From a virus: a DNA stretch of 64,000 bases. The notes under the pieces were generated by a model that saw only the letters and a program-made list of their open reading frames with translations, made no database searches and was not told where the DNA came from. This document shows positions 1 to 9,954 of the stretch, in pieces (the stretch's first letter is position 1; each line of letters opens with the position of its first letter). The stretch covers positions 16,183 through 80,182 of the IMG/VR virus record IMGVR_UViG_3300033149_006612, one strand, 5' to 3'. The translations under genes and the position numbers were made by a program.

Positions 1-202
1 CCCCGGAGGCATCCATACCCACCGCCGTCACCGTCCAAACGCCGTCGCGCCTCTCCAGTAAGACGTGTTCCGCCCCGAACCTGGCCTTAAGCTGGGCCTC
101 GTATGCCCGCCTCTTACATGGACCCACACTCCCGATCCGGAGGACGACGGTCCTCCTGCCGTCCTCCGTGTCCGGTCCACGATCGAATACATTCCCCGTC
201 AC
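1..202 (-). CDS. Hypothetical protein, partial (runs off the left edge)
   Basis: GTG at 202 overlaps the TGA of the upstream gene (GTGA coupling); frame VTGNVFDRGPDTEDGRRTVVLRIG... stays open to position 1. Confidence 0.5.
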   Translation of the reverse strand, partial: MTGNVFDRGPDTEDGRRTVVLRIGSVGPCKRRAYEAQLKARFGAEHVLLERRDGVWTVTAVGMDASG

Positions 203-594
203 GGTATCCCGCCCGTCCTCAGTTTAACGTTATACTCCCAAACCCTACGGCTGGCTATTAACGCGGTCCTACAATCCACCAATCGTGCAAACTGCCGGTC
301 CCGCTCCTTAACGTCGAACCTCGGCCGGGCACCCCCAGATCGAAGCTTCCCCTCCGCCCTGGGGAGATCGAACACGGCAATCATGAGGCATCGTTCATAT
401 AGGTTCATGATGCCCCTCGGCCGCTGGACTATCTGGAACTCCCCGATAAAGTCACCCGGCTTACAGTCGCCCGGTAAACGTGGATCGAGCCTCATATCAT
501 ATGGGTTGCATTGCCGATGTTCCTCCACCGGCGGGTCCTGGGCCGTCATAAGCCCGGTCAGCAGCAGTAAAACCGGGACGATGCCCGCCTTCAT
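199..594 (-). CDS. Hypothetical protein with N-terminal signal peptide
   Basis: Probable ATG at 594 after AGAGGT; N-terminus MKAGIVPVLLLLTGLMTAQD is signal-peptide-like. Confidence 0.6.
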   Translation of the reverse strand: MKAGIVPVLLLLTGLMTAQDPPVEEHRQCNPYDMRLDPRLPGDCKPGDFIGEFQIVQRPRGIMNLYERCLMIAVFDLPRAEGKLRSGGARPRFDVKERDRQFARLVDCRTALIASRRVWEYNVKLRTGGIP

Positions 595-598
595 ACCT

Positions 599-829
599 CT
601 ACCGTATCTCATCCCCCGGTTCCACCTCCTGGATGCGGTCGGCGTCCACCCAGTGGCAGATCCGGGCGTATTCACACTCAATGCCCGCATCGTCAAGTCT
701 ACTCCTCTTTAAGGCGTCGTTGTGCGCCTTGATCACCCGGGCCTTGACGTTCCCGACCCCTTCACCGTGTTCAATACGACCGGCCAATCCGCACGTCTGA
801 CATTGCCAATATCGGATGACGCTCTTCAT
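599..829 (-). CDS. Small hypothetical protein with CxxC motif
   Basis: GGAGG RBS, overlaps the upstream stop; WQCQTCG plus later C/H residues. Confidence 0.6.
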   Translation of the reverse strand: MKSVIRYWQCQTCGLAGRIEHGEGVGNVKARVIKAHNDALKRSRLDDAGIECEYARICHWVDADRIQEVEPGDEIR

Positions 830-1071
830 CCCTCCTTACCTCCATCAACCGAGATCCTGTCCTGGACGGCGTCTACAACCCTGCCGAACTGCCCGGCTAT
901 TACAACCACCGTCTCCAACAGCAGTACGACCGGCCAGAACATCACATGGAGCCCCATCCACGCGGCCTTTTCCATACCGACCGTCAGGGTGTAGAATAAG
1001 GCCCAGCCGACGCCGATCACAAAGTACAGTAGCACAGCCAGGACCCAAAGAACTGATTCCATCTGTCTCAT
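826..1071 (-). CDS. Small membrane protein
   Basis: Two hydrophobic stretches; ATGA coupling with neighbours. Confidence 0.65.
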   Translation of the reverse strand: MRQMESVLWVLAVLLYFVIGVGWALFYTLTVGMEKAAWMGLHVMFWPVVLLLETVVVIAGQFGRVVDAVQDRISVDGGKEG

Positions 1072-1538
1072 CCCTCCATTCTTACCGGATTCTGAATCCA
1101 GAATCTGATACTATAGTACAACCATGCGACGTCATCCCTGTCCTCACCTCTCGACGGTATCATATAGAACCCATCGCCCCCCTCGGGATCGTCAACCGGA
1201 CCGACATCTAAGAGCCCCCCGTCCCGTTCATCTGTAATCGTTCCAAACGGTACAAATAGGAATATCACCTGCCGTCGTCGAAACGGGGGCAGCAGGACGA
1301 CGCCGATCTCGTCCACATCGATGCCGTTCCTGTCTATGATGTCGCAAACGGTCGCTATACCGTCCATACTCCAGACGCAGAAAGGATAATGCCCAACCCT
1401 TCCCTGCAGGTATCCCATCAACCTATTCCTGATGACGTCCTCCCTCACCGGGCCGTTCAAAAATTCGCTCCTGAGCGTCTCGATGATCTTGAGGAACATC
1501 GGATGATTCTGAATCTCTAACGCCTGCTCAACATCCAT
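1068..1538 (-). CDS. Hypothetical protein
   Basis: Tightly packed ORF directly after terL. Confidence 0.65.
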   Translation of the reverse strand: MDVEQALEIQNHPMFLKIIETLRSEFLNGPVREDVIRNRLMGYLQGRVGHYPFCVWSMDGIATVCDIIDRNGIDVDEIGVVLLPPFRRRQVIFLFVPFGTITDERDGGLLDVGPVDDPEGGDGFYMIPSRGEDRDDVAWLYYSIRFWIQNPVRMEG

Positions 1539-1540
1539 AA

Positions 1541-3202
1541 TTAAAACGCAAACGGTCGTCTGCCCTCCCGCCTTGATTCAAACCGGTCTAGGACCGCCAC
1601 AGTCGCATCCGGCGCATCGTCATGTGCACTCGGGTTCGGAAAATCGTCAAATTGACTGAAGTATGTAAACGACAGGTTTTTGTCGAATACCACCCTACTG
1701 TTGATCACCGGCTGAGCCTTCATTATCCGTTGTACCTTGTTTTTACTCTGTGAGAATAGCTTGAGCGGAAGCGCTACCCCACGCTCCTTGGCCCTCTGCT
1801 GGAGGTACGGCCTGATCATCCCCCATCCGCCGTTATCCTCATACCAGAGCTTCGAAACCGGGTATCGTTCCAGGAGGTCCAACGCCGCCTCCACCTGTCC
1901 TTCCGGTTTATCCTTCCTAATATAAGCGGCGCAGACGAAGTACCAACGCCTCATCCCCTCATACGGCTTACGGACGACATCGGTCCAGGCCTTCACCTTC
2001 AGCGCCTTTAACAGTTTGTCTATATGTTCAAACTTGAACTGCCGGGTAGCCACTATCACTATACAGGGGTAGTCCGAATCCCTAACCGCCGTCACCCCCG
2101 GATCGGACGGGTCCCACCATCCCACGACCTGGAATCCCTTAAGGTTTAGCCTCCGGTGGTCAAACCGCATAAAGGCGGAGGAATCGTAGATCACATCCTC
2201 CTCACCTTTGTCAAGGTTTAGAAACTCCAACGCAAAATCACGCTCGGATCCCATCTCCTCCTTCTTCCGGTCAAGTACCTCCTTGGGCCATCTTTCCGGC
2301 CACAACGCCGAGCCGTCCTTCTTGGTGTTACCGATTACAAACTCCAGGCCTTGCGGTCTGGGAAGATTGATCGCCTGATACAGCTTACCGTCCCAGTTGG
2401 GAGATTTCAGCAACTTGGCAATTAGGGATTCTTTGTGCATGAGGTTGCCCACTACAAAGATGTCACAGTTTTCGCCGCCCAGGTTAAGAATCGTCCTCCG
2501 GAATCGACGTGCCAGCTTCTCCCGCCGGAAGAACGTGGCTACATCCTCCTCATCCTGTGGATCGTCGATGATCATGGCATCCGGCCTGTACTGCTTCATC
2601 TTTAAACCTCGGAATTTAGACATGATGCCCCGACATTCGACGGTAGCCCCGGAAACCAGCCTCATCCTATAATCGGTCCAGCTGATGAACTGTCCTTTGA
2701 AATCAAGCATCGGTCTGAGATGCGGAAAATCGCTTAACAGTTTCTCATTGCTGGATTTTACCTCGGTCTCCCCTGGAACGACTTGAGTGTTGGGTTCCAA
2801 CTCATCCTGTAGAGCGGAGTAATGCGGAAAGATGGCGTCATGGGTAGACCCGAACAGGACTATATACCACTTTAACCGGTATGCCAGCCAATATAGGGGG
2901 GCTGCAACGATCATAAAGGTCGACTTGCCGAACTCCCGGGGCTCGGCCCGGACCACCCTTAACCTTCGATTGACCGCTCCACACTCGATCAGCGATATGA
3001 GATCGTGGTGATGCTCCCCGAACGGTTTCGTGAAATGATGCGGTAGGTATTCCTTACAAAACTCCTCGAAGTCCCGACAGCGGTCAATCCGCTTTCGCTG
3101 TCGGACGCTTACCCTGCCCCTTTTTAACCCCTGGACGGCCGGGCTTATACTCAGCGGCGATGAAATCCCGGTCTCCGTTATTAAGACGTCACCGAGCCTC
3201 AT
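1541..3202 (-). CDS. terL: Terminase large subunit
   Basis: Walker A-like EPREFGKST, Walker B IIDDPQ, LWPERW motif, RNase H-like nuclease with WDPS and C-terminal HDDAPDA. Confidence 0.93.
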   Translation of the reverse strand: MRLGDVLITETGISSPLSISPAVQGLKRGRVSVRQRKRIDRCRDFEEFCKEYLPHHFTKPFGEHHHDLISLIECGAVNRRLRVVRAEPREFGKSTFMIVAAPLYWLAYRLKWYIVLFGSTHDAIFPHYSALQDELEPNTQVVPGETEVKSSNEKLLSDFPHLRPMLDFKGQFISWTDYRMRLVSGATVECRGIMSKFRGLKMKQYRPDAMIIDDPQDEEDVATFFRREKLARRFRRTILNLGGENCDIFVVGNLMHKESLIAKLLKSPNWDGKLYQAINLPRPQGLEFVIGNTKKDGSALWPERWPKEVLDRKKEEMGSERDFALEFLNLDKGEEDVIYDSSAFMRFDHRRLNLKGFQVVGWWDPSDPGVTAVRDSDYPCIVIVATRQFKFEHIDKLLKALKVKAWTDVVRKPYEGMRRWYFVCAAYIRKDKPEGQVEAALDLLERYPVSKLWYEDNGGWGMIRPYLQQRAKERGVALPLKLFSQSKNKVQRIMKAQPVINSRVVFDKNLSFTYFSQFDDFPNPSAHDDAPDATVAVLDRFESRREGRRPFAF

Positions 3203-3615
3203 GCCTCGCCTCTATTTACACCACGCGGAATCTCTATCAGTTTGGGCAGGCAGCCCGAGAACCGGATGCATGTGTTGATGTCATCGAGGACCGCCGGTGT
3301 GACCTCCTTCAGCGTTACCACATGGAGGTCAAGATTAATGTCCGGGCGGTTCCTGCAGACGTCCTCCAGTAAAAGGCGTCTCCTATCGACGGTCCGCCAC
3401 GATCCATGGCCCAACAATACGGCCGGTGACGACGATAGATCAAACAGGACGGACAGGCCGTGTATATGATGGAAATCATTCCCGTCGAAGTAATGGACGA
3501 CGTCGTTAATCAGGTAGTATTGGTACCGGGTCAGTCCTCTTTTGTCGGTGGTCCGGTCAATGACGAGATCCTCGCCACCCATTTCGGTCTTACGCGTATC
3601 CATGAATCCCCCCAT
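3199..3615 (-). CDS. Hypothetical protein
   Basis: ORF coupled to the terL start. Confidence 0.6.
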   Translation of the reverse strand: MGGFMDTRKTEMGGEDLVIDRTTDKRGLTRYQYYLINDVVHYFDGNDFHHIHGLSVLFDLSSSPAVLLGHGSWRTVDRRRLLLEDVCRNRPDINLDLHVVTLKEVTPAVLDDINTCIRFSGCLPKLIEIPRGVNRGEA

Positions 3616-3890
3616 ATCGTGAAGTTAAACTTATCCATACCTTGTATTAATTCCTTTAAGTGAGTAAGGACGTAGCATATAAAGGTGAACAGCAACAGCC
3701 AATAGACAAATCCCGCCATCGAAACCGGAAAGGTCCAGGCCCAGAGAAACCAGACGGTCATGAGAAATAGGACGGCGGATGTAAGCAACGCCGCCAGGAA
3801 CACCCACGCCTGGATAAACAGCACTACGCACACCCGTAAGAGCAGCTCCTTATGAGTCTTGATTACGTCTCTCAGCATCGCACCTGTCAC
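3531..3890 (-). CDS. Hypothetical membrane protein
   Basis: Long hydrophobic segments (VCVVLFIQAWVFLAALL, GFVYWLLLFTFICY). Confidence 0.6.
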   Translation of the reverse strand: MTGAMLRDVIKTHKELLLRVCVVLFIQAWVFLAALLTSAVLFLMTVWFLWAWTFPVSMAGFVYWLLLFTFICYVLTHLKELIQGMDKFNFTIWGDSWIRVRPKWVARISSLTGPPTKED

Positions 3891-4293
3891 ACTCCCCTGG
3901 ACGTGGATCCCGCCGCTCGGGCTCCGGCGATTCCTCCGCCCCTATAATACGGCCCCTGACGTCGTACACGGTCTCCTCGTCGCAGGCATGATCCGCCTCA
4001 AACGCCAGCCTCCGGTAGTCAAATCCGTTCAACTCCCTCCTGTCCTCCTCTCCTCCGTCGTTACCCGGGGTCTCTACATTTTCGGTCAATGCCAGTACGG
4101 CTCCGGCCGTGCCGGGCATCTCCGATTTCAAATCCTCCTCCGATTCAAAGACCAGGCACACACCGACGGCCTTGGTCCTCTTGATGAAGCATTTTAGCCC
4201 CCTGAGCTCGCCCGGAGGTATGGGACCGGCTCCCCAGGTCTCCCAGGCCGCAGACAGCTTATCCCATCCATATATTTTTAATCCTAAAATCAT
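3850..4293 (-). CDS. Hypothetical protein
   Basis: ORF in operon orientation. Confidence 0.5.
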   Translation of the reverse strand: MILGLKIYGWDKLSAAWETWGAGPIPPGELRGLKCFIKRTKAVGVCLVFESEEDLKSEMPGTAGAVLALTENVETPGNDGGEEDRRELNGFDYRRLAFEADHACDEETVYDVRGRIIGAEESPEPERRDPRPGECDRCDAERRNQDS

Positions 4294-4330
4294 ACCACAT
4301 CAGATCCGGGAGGTTAAACCCGCTTTCTAT

Positions 4331-4585
4331 CTACGATGATTTCGGTAGGTGGTCCGTGGTCATCACCAACGGTGGTTTCTCGATCCTCTTCCTCAGGGAT
4401 TCGTGCCTGTACGGGTATGCACGGATGATCAGTTTACACCTCTTACATTGATCGATGATCAACCCGATCTCAGGTCCGAGGACGCCCTTACTCTCCGTCC
4501 TCCAGAGGTAGGAGACGCAACCGCAGACCAGTTTGGTAGGTGGCTCGTCCGGCTTTTTGTGTGGGTCTAGTTTATGTGTTTCGAT
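4331..4585 (-). CDS. Putative small Cys-containing protein with a non-canonical ATC start
   Basis: 84-codon open frame filling the gap (CGC and CKRC motifs); no ATG/GTG/TTG near its 5' end, but GGAGGA lies 6 nt before ATC at 4585. Confidence 0.35.
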   Translation of the reverse strand: METHKLDPHKKPDEPPTKLVCGCVSYLWRTESKGVLGPEIGLIIDQCKRCKLIIRAYPYRHESLRKRIEKPPLVMTTDHLPKSS

Positions 4586-5304
4586 GAGGATTCCTCCACG
4601 ATCTTGTTAACATGCGAATCGTCGATCTGGATGCCGTCCCAATCCGCTTCGATCTTAACCAGGACGGCTTCGTCCTTGACGTGTTTGGCTACGACCAACC
4701 CCACCTGCTCCATGATCCGTTTAAACGTCGCCAGGGATATGGTCCTCTGCTGCCGGTGCTTCTGGATCTTATCCACAATGTCGGCGATGGTCCGAATTAT
4801 CCTAGAGGCATCGGCGATGTCCACGATCTTATGCGGCTTCCTACTCGGGTTCGGGGTCCCCCAAGAGGCGTGCCAGGCAATCAGGGCTTCCGAGAACTCG
4901 TCGTATCGCTCGATGAAATCGATCAGGATGGCCCGTTGGAGCTCCAGTTCAGGGATGAGGTCCAGGGGGTCCCGGTCCTCGGCATGCTTGATCACGTCGA
5001 TCAGTTCCCTGAACCTGGCTCTATCGATTACGCTGTATCGGCCGGTTATCCGTGGTGTGCTCCCGCCGTGGAGCTTACATCGGCCCTGGCCCAGATGGTC
5101 GGTCCCCCAACCTGCCTCATGTTGGCAGTATTTAGTGTGGTAGATGTTCCTGGCGTTACATTTAGTATCGGGCGGTTTAAGAGGTAGATTGCCCATCTTC
5201 CTCTTGCGTTTAGTATCCTTAAACCTGACGAACTTTTCGTCGCTCTTATCCTTCTTCGGTCTGTATGGGTGACTCCCCGTGTCACCTGGTTTTAGCTTAC
5301 CCAT
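4567..5304 (-). CDS. Putative terminase small subunit (HGGxSTG-type motif)
   Basis: C-x-A...C...GRCKLHGGSTP motif followed by a helical region; upstream of terL; start uncertain (5331, 5304 or later). Confidence 0.65.
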   Translation of the reverse strand: MGKLKPGDTGSHPYRPKKDKSDEKFVRFKDTKRKRKMGNLPLKPPDTKCNARNIYHTKYCQHEAGWGTDHLGQGRCKLHGGSTPRITGRYSVIDRARFRELIDVIKHAEDRDPLDLIPELELQRAILIDFIERYDEFSEALIAWHASWGTPNPSRKPHKIVDIADASRIIRTIADIVDKIQKHRQQRTISLATFKRIMEQVGLVVAKHVKDEAVLVKIEADWDGIQIDDSHVNKIVEESSSKHIN

Positions 5305-5461
5305 AGCAAGATCAATGATAAACCGGAACACCCCATCCAGAAATGGAACCTATAAAAGAGATCCTCGCTTTCAATACGTACGCTGATCTTAAGATTTCGG
5401 AACGCGCACAAGGACGAGACTGAAAGCAACAATACCTCCAATATCTGCATAGGCTCAACCC

Positions 5462-5923
5462 CTAAGGCCCCACCACCTTGGTCGGGGTAGTGGACATCCT
5501 TTCCAGCTGTTTAACCCGCTCCCCCCCGGGCACCGGCATCGATGGAGTATTCGGTTTCACCGACCCATACGACTCACCGGCATTCACCTCGGCCACCCAA
5601 TCATTAACGTTCCTGACGAAGTCCCGTATATAGTCGACCACCTGCTCATCCTCGGTCGGCATCCGAAATTTCAACATCGGGAGATCCCATCGTCGAGAAC
5701 CGTTACCCCGTCCCGGTCTGACCTCGGCCCCGTCCTTTAACTCCTCGACCAACTTTTTAGACGGCTTAACGGAACCGGGCTCCATGACCCATACCAAGGC
5801 TACGGTGGCCCCCATCAGAGCATAATAGGTGGGAGATGTCTCCGGGACGATGGCCTTGATTATTTCGAGAACTTCCAACTCCCGCTTCATGTCGACGATT
5901 TCTGGAATGCGAGATTTATTCAT
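5462..5923 (-). CDS. Hypothetical protein
   Basis: ORF with purine-rich leader. Confidence 0.6.
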   Translation of the reverse strand: MNKSRIPEIVDMKRELEVLEIIKAIVPETSPTYYALMGATVALVWVMEPGSVKPSKKLVEELKDGAEVRPGRGNGSRRWDLPMLKFRMPTEDEQVVDYIRDFVRNVNDWVAEVNAGESYGSVKPNTPSMPVPGGERVKQLERMSTTPTKVVGP

Positions 5924-6022
5924 ATCGGCCCTACCTTCCTCAGTGACGGGACGTTCTACGCCGTCGGCGGTTCATATATGAACAGGTCCGTTTCCCAGGG
6001 CTGCCCTGCCAGTTAGACCGGG

Positions 6023-6307
6023 TCAGATTTGATGTACCGTGATGCCCCAGTCCCTCAACACCGAGAGTGATTCCGGCCTGATGACGCCCGTTACCGCGTC
6101 GGCACCCTGGCTTTCAACCCGGACAAAATGTTTCTGTAGGATTTCTGCATGCCTCGGCTGGGATAGATTGGCCGTGACTCGGACGGTTTTATGGCTACTC
6201 CGAATGCGGACCGACCTTGAACCACAGGCTCTGCAGGGCACCCCGGTAGCCTTCTGCCGGTGCCCACACTCCAGACAGATTAAATACGGACCGTCGGTAA
6301 TGGCCAT
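6023..6307 (-). CDS. Zinc-ribbon protein
   Basis: CLECG...CRACGS; AGGAGG upstream. Confidence 0.65.
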   Translation of the reverse strand: MAITDGPYLICLECGHRQKATGVPCRACGSRSVRIRSSHKTVRVTANLSQPRHAEILQKHFVRVESQGADAVTGVIRPESLSVLRDWGITVHQI

Positions 6308-6315
6308 AGATCCTC

Positions 6316-6690
6316 CTACCGACCATTACGTCCGTTCTGGGCACTCAGATTCCTGAGAGCTTGTCGGATCTCCCCGATCTGCTCATTCATCTGGGCCTCT
6401 ACCTGCTTGATGGAGGCCTGCAACTTGTCGTCAAATCGGGCGGACAACCTCCGTTCAACGGCCTGTTGAACCTCGGTCATGTAGGCCTGTTCACGCCGTT
6501 CCATCCCCTTGACGGACTGACCCACGGAGCGTAGGATATCCCTCTTTACCTCCTGGATATATTCCGAGGTATCGGAGATCTTACCGAGCAGCCTGACTTC
6601 CAGCGCCCTGATCGTCTCATCAAGATTGTCCGCCATCAGCACTCTCCCCATTGCTACCAGTGAATTTCCTATTTTTGCTAGCATGGGCAT
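6316..6690 (-). CDS. Coiled-coil hypothetical protein
   Basis: AAGGAGGT RBS; heptad-rich sequence. Confidence 0.7.
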   Translation of the reverse strand: MPMLAKIGNSLVAMGRVLMADNLDETIRALEVRLLGKISDTSEYIQEVKRDILRSVGQSVKGMERREQAYMTEVQQAVERRLSARFDDKLQASIKQVEAQMNEQIGEIRQALRNLSAQNGRNGR

Positions 6691-6925
6691 ACCTCCTTAA
6701 CTGTGCCTTCGGCGTACCTATGGCGGATTGAACGGCACAACCGATCGTACCCCTCTTATCGAGAGCCAACATCACCTGGTGACTGATCGACCGTGTACGG
6801 CTTAGCTTTCCCTCATCCAGGAAAGGAATCACTTCCTCCTCTAGGTCATATTCCTTGGCCCTACACCAGTCCAACACATCTCCAACCGTGATGGAGCATA
6901 TCACCCTGTCCCGATCGACGTCCAA
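6620..6925 (-). CDS. Hypothetical protein
   Basis: GAGGAG upstream of a TTG start. Confidence 0.5.
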   Translation of the reverse strand: MDVDRDRVICSITVGDVLDWCRAKEYDLEEEVIPFLDEGKLSRTRSISHQVMLALDKRGTIGCAVQSAIGTPKAQLRRYAHASKNRKFTGSNGESADGGQS

Positions 6926-6949
6926 TTTCCAAATCTCCTCTTGTATTTC

Positions 6950-8848
6950 TTACGCACGCCGAGCGTAAATCCGGCTGTACCCATCGGCGTAGACTATTTT
7001 GAGTATATTTGGAATCCTGGACGTCAACGCCGAATTATGGGAGATCGCAAAGACCGTCCCCCTCCTCCTCGCCTCCCCCTCAAGTAGATCTACAAACGTA
7101 GAGATCCCGGCTTCGTCCAATGAAGCATCGATCTCATCAAAAACGGATATGTTCGAACCTCCCCACATGGTCTCAACCAGGGACTGGAATGAGAGTGCCA
7201 CACAGAGGTCAATCCGCTTTGACTGTCCACCCGAGGAGGCCAGGTAGGAACCGGCCCTCTTCGGTATGTCCACAACCACATCGATACGGTCCTTGGCGGA
7301 TTTCTGAAACTTAACCGATATCTCCCCCCCGGTCAGGATTCCGGAGAAGTATTCGAGCTTCAGATTTAGGAAATCCACCACCTGTGAATAGCAGTACTCC
7401 TTAATTCCCCTTTCCGAAAAACCCGTCATCCAGAAACGCAGGTACCACAAGAGGTTCTGAATCTCCTCGATCCTGTCATCCATCTCATCGATCCCGTCCA
7501 TCTTCGCCTTAATCTGGGTCGATACCGTCTTCCTGTCCTCCTCCAACTGCCGTTTAACGGTCCGGTTCCCCTTGATCCGGTTATCCAGTTCGGTTATCTC
7601 GGCGTTCAGCTGGGCTTGCCGCCGCTGAAGACCGGCCAGGACGTTCAACGACCCAACGTCGTCCCGGTCACACTCGGCCATCCCGGCTTCCAATTCCGCC
7701 CTCTCCGCCAGAAGTACGTCCAGTTCCTGTAACTCCTCCCTCAACCTGTCGATCTTGTACGCGATGGCCTTCCGATCGTTCTTGAGCCCCTTGATCACAT
7801 CACCCATTAACGATCTCTGCTGCTTGATGTGTTCCTCGGTAAACGGACGTTTACACTCCTTACACACCCGCCCCGGTTTAATCTTTACCAACTCCTCCTG
7901 CTTCGCTTCCAACGATCCGTCAACGGTCTCCAGCTTCGTTTCAAACCTTGAAATCTCACGCTCCAGCTCGATTTTGTTCTCCGGACCGGCTATGATTTCC
8001 TTTAACCGATTATCCAACTCCCGTTTCCGTCTGAGATTGTCGTCCCGCCGTGCGGTCTCCGTCTCGATGTCCCGGTTTACCGCGTCTAACTCCTCCCGTC
8101 TGTCCTCCCGTTCCCGTTCCAGCTTAGCCGTCGTCCTAAGCACCGATTCCTGTTCCTTCAACTTTCCGTCTATATCCTCCTGCCACGCCCGAAGACCGGC
8201 AAGCTCGGACTCCTCGTTCTCCCGCCGCCGCTTCAAATCTTCAAGTTCGGACTCCAACCCGTCCTTGTCCGCCTTAACGCGTTCCCGTGCCTTGGTAAAT
8301 CTATCCAGCCTAAGGAAGGATTCAAGGACCTTCCTCCGTTCTGCGTCCGTACATTGGGTGAACCGCTTAACGGCCCCCTGCCCGAAGATCATCGAATTGA
8401 TCAGCGACTGATAGTTCAGACCGAGCAACTCCACTACCTTAGTCTCGGTCTCCTTGATGCTTTCACCGGATAGGTCCTCGGACCCCCGTTTCAGGATGAG
8501 GCCGTTCCCGTGCTCCGAATCCCTCCTATACCTGATGACCGAATAGGACCTGCCGTCGACCTCAAGATCGACCTGGACCATACAGTCGGCTTTGGTCTGC
8601 CGGTTGACCACGTCGTCCATCTTAAACTCCGCGGAGTCCCTACCGAATACGACCTGCCGGGCGGTCATCCCGAACAGGCACCACGGGATCGCATCGGTCA
8701 GCAATGCCGATTTTCCAGAACCGTTCGAATCTGCGCTTGGGGAATCGTAATTCTTACCGACCACCAGTACCAGCCCCCGGTCGGCCAGGTCAAGTTCGGC
8801 CTCCCTGAAGCTGAAAAAATTCCTCACTGTAAGACGGGTGAACCTCAT
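6950..8848 (-). CDS. SbcC/Rad50/gp46-like SMC ATPase (recombination nuclease subunit)
   Basis: Walker A NGSGKS, Q-loop FGQG, long coiled coil with zinc hook CKEC, signature SSGGQ, Walker B VFDE, H-loop ISH. Confidence 0.93.
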   Translation of the reverse strand: MRFTRLTVRNFFSFREAELDLADRGLVLVVGKNYDSPSADSNGSGKSALLTDAIPWCLFGMTARQVVFGRDSAEFKMDDVVNRQTKADCMVQVDLEVDGRSYSVIRYRRDSEHGNGLILKRGSEDLSGESIKETETKVVELLGLNYQSLINSMIFGQGAVKRFTQCTDAERRKVLESFLRLDRFTKARERVKADKDGLESELEDLKRRRENEESELAGLRAWQEDIDGKLKEQESVLRTTAKLEREREDRREELDAVNRDIETETARRDDNLRRKRELDNRLKEIIAGPENKIELEREISRFETKLETVDGSLEAKQEELVKIKPGRVCKECKRPFTEEHIKQQRSLMGDVIKGLKNDRKAIAYKIDRLREELQELDVLLAERAELEAGMAECDRDDVGSLNVLAGLQRRQAQLNAEITELDNRIKGNRTVKRQLEEDRKTVSTQIKAKMDGIDEMDDRIEEIQNLLWYLRFWMTGFSERGIKEYCYSQVVDFLNLKLEYFSGILTGGEISVKFQKSAKDRIDVVVDIPKRAGSYLASSGGQSKRIDLCVALSFQSLVETMWGGSNISVFDEIDASLDEAGISTFVDLLEGEARRRGTVFAISHNSALTSRIPNILKIVYADGYSRIYARRA

Positions 8849-9954
8849 ACCTCCTCCAGGTAGTACAGTCCGATTTCAAGGACGCCCCTTGCCGTTTCTT
8901 CATCCTCGACATGACCGGCCACATATTCAGCCAGGATGGTCGATTCGTCCCAGGCCCCGACCTCGACCGTCCTGCCGTCATCCTCCTCCCGGTATTCGAT
9001 CAGGATGTTGGTGTATCTCTCCTTCAACTTTTGTGCCTCGGCCACCCTGGCCGGGTCCCGCAGCCTGAACCGGACAAAGACGTCCCAGGTCGCCCGACCG
9101 GCATCGAATATATCCTTCATCAATCCTACCGTCTCATCGAAGTTCTCATCCGTGGCGGTCATATAGATCGGGCCGTCCTCGTACCAGACCGGTTCCGATA
9201 CCCCGGTATCGGTATCAAACTTCCACACCCCCCGGTTCTGACCGGCGTCACCGAAGTTAAATCCATACGGCGCACCGACCATTATGATCTCCGGTTCCGC
9301 CCGATTCAGTGCCCGTGGTATGTGGATGTCCCCACAGAAACAGACGGTATAGCGGTGCTGCCTCATCCATTCCCGGAGGTCCCGTTCAACGATCCCCTTT
9401 TCAGCCCTCTTACCTGACTCGAACTTAGCACCGACGATGTTCTCATGGATCATTAAAATCCGCCGTGCCAGGCCCCCGGTGTTGCGGTCGATGCCGCTCC
9501 CACCTTTAATTGCCTCGGCCGCAACACCGGCCGGGATCCCCGAGATGATCAGGTCCTCATCCCCCGCCGTGAGGTTAAAATGGGTAATCGGCGTGCCGTC
9601 CAGTACCTTCAGATTATCCAACGCCTGGCCCAGGACATAGATACTGTGGATCGAATCGTTCGACCTGGAATACCTGTCGTGGTTGCCCGGGATTACAAGC
9701 ATAATCCGGCCTTCCAGGAACCTGCTTAACTCATCCAACGTTCGGTTATACAGCGGAATCGAAATGGCGGTCCTCTGATCGAAGAGGTCGCCGCAATGGA
9801 GGATCACGCTCGAATCCCATCGCGCCATCTGCCGGTCAAGCCAGTTTAGGAATTCAAACCCGGCTTCCGCAGCCGTGGTCAGCCCGTCCGATAGGGGTCG
9901 GCTGAACATGCCGGTGGTCCTGAAATGCCAGTCGCCGGTCACGGTTATGATCAC
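8845..9954 (-). CDS. SbcD/Mre11/gp47-like metallophosphoesterase nuclease
   Basis: GDWH, GDLFD, GNHD, GDIH motifs; adjacent to the SbcC-like gene. Confidence 0.92.
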   Translation of the reverse strand: MIITVTGDWHFRTTGMFSRPLSDGLTTAAEAGFEFLNWLDRQMARWDSSVILHCGDLFDQRTAISIPLYNRTLDELSRFLEGRIMLVIPGNHDRYSRSNDSIHSIYVLGQALDNLKVLDGTPITHFNLTAGDEDLIISGIPAGVAAEAIKGGSGIDRNTGGLARRILMIHENIVGAKFESGKRAEKGIVERDLREWMRQHRYTVCFCGDIHIPRALNRAEPEIIMVGAPYGFNFGDAGQNRGVWKFDTDTGVSEPVWYEDGPIYMTATDENFDETVGLMKDIFDAGRATWDVFVRFRLRDPARVAEAQKLKERYTNILIEYREEDDGRTVEVGAWDESTILAEYVAGHVEDEETARGVLEIGLYYLEEV

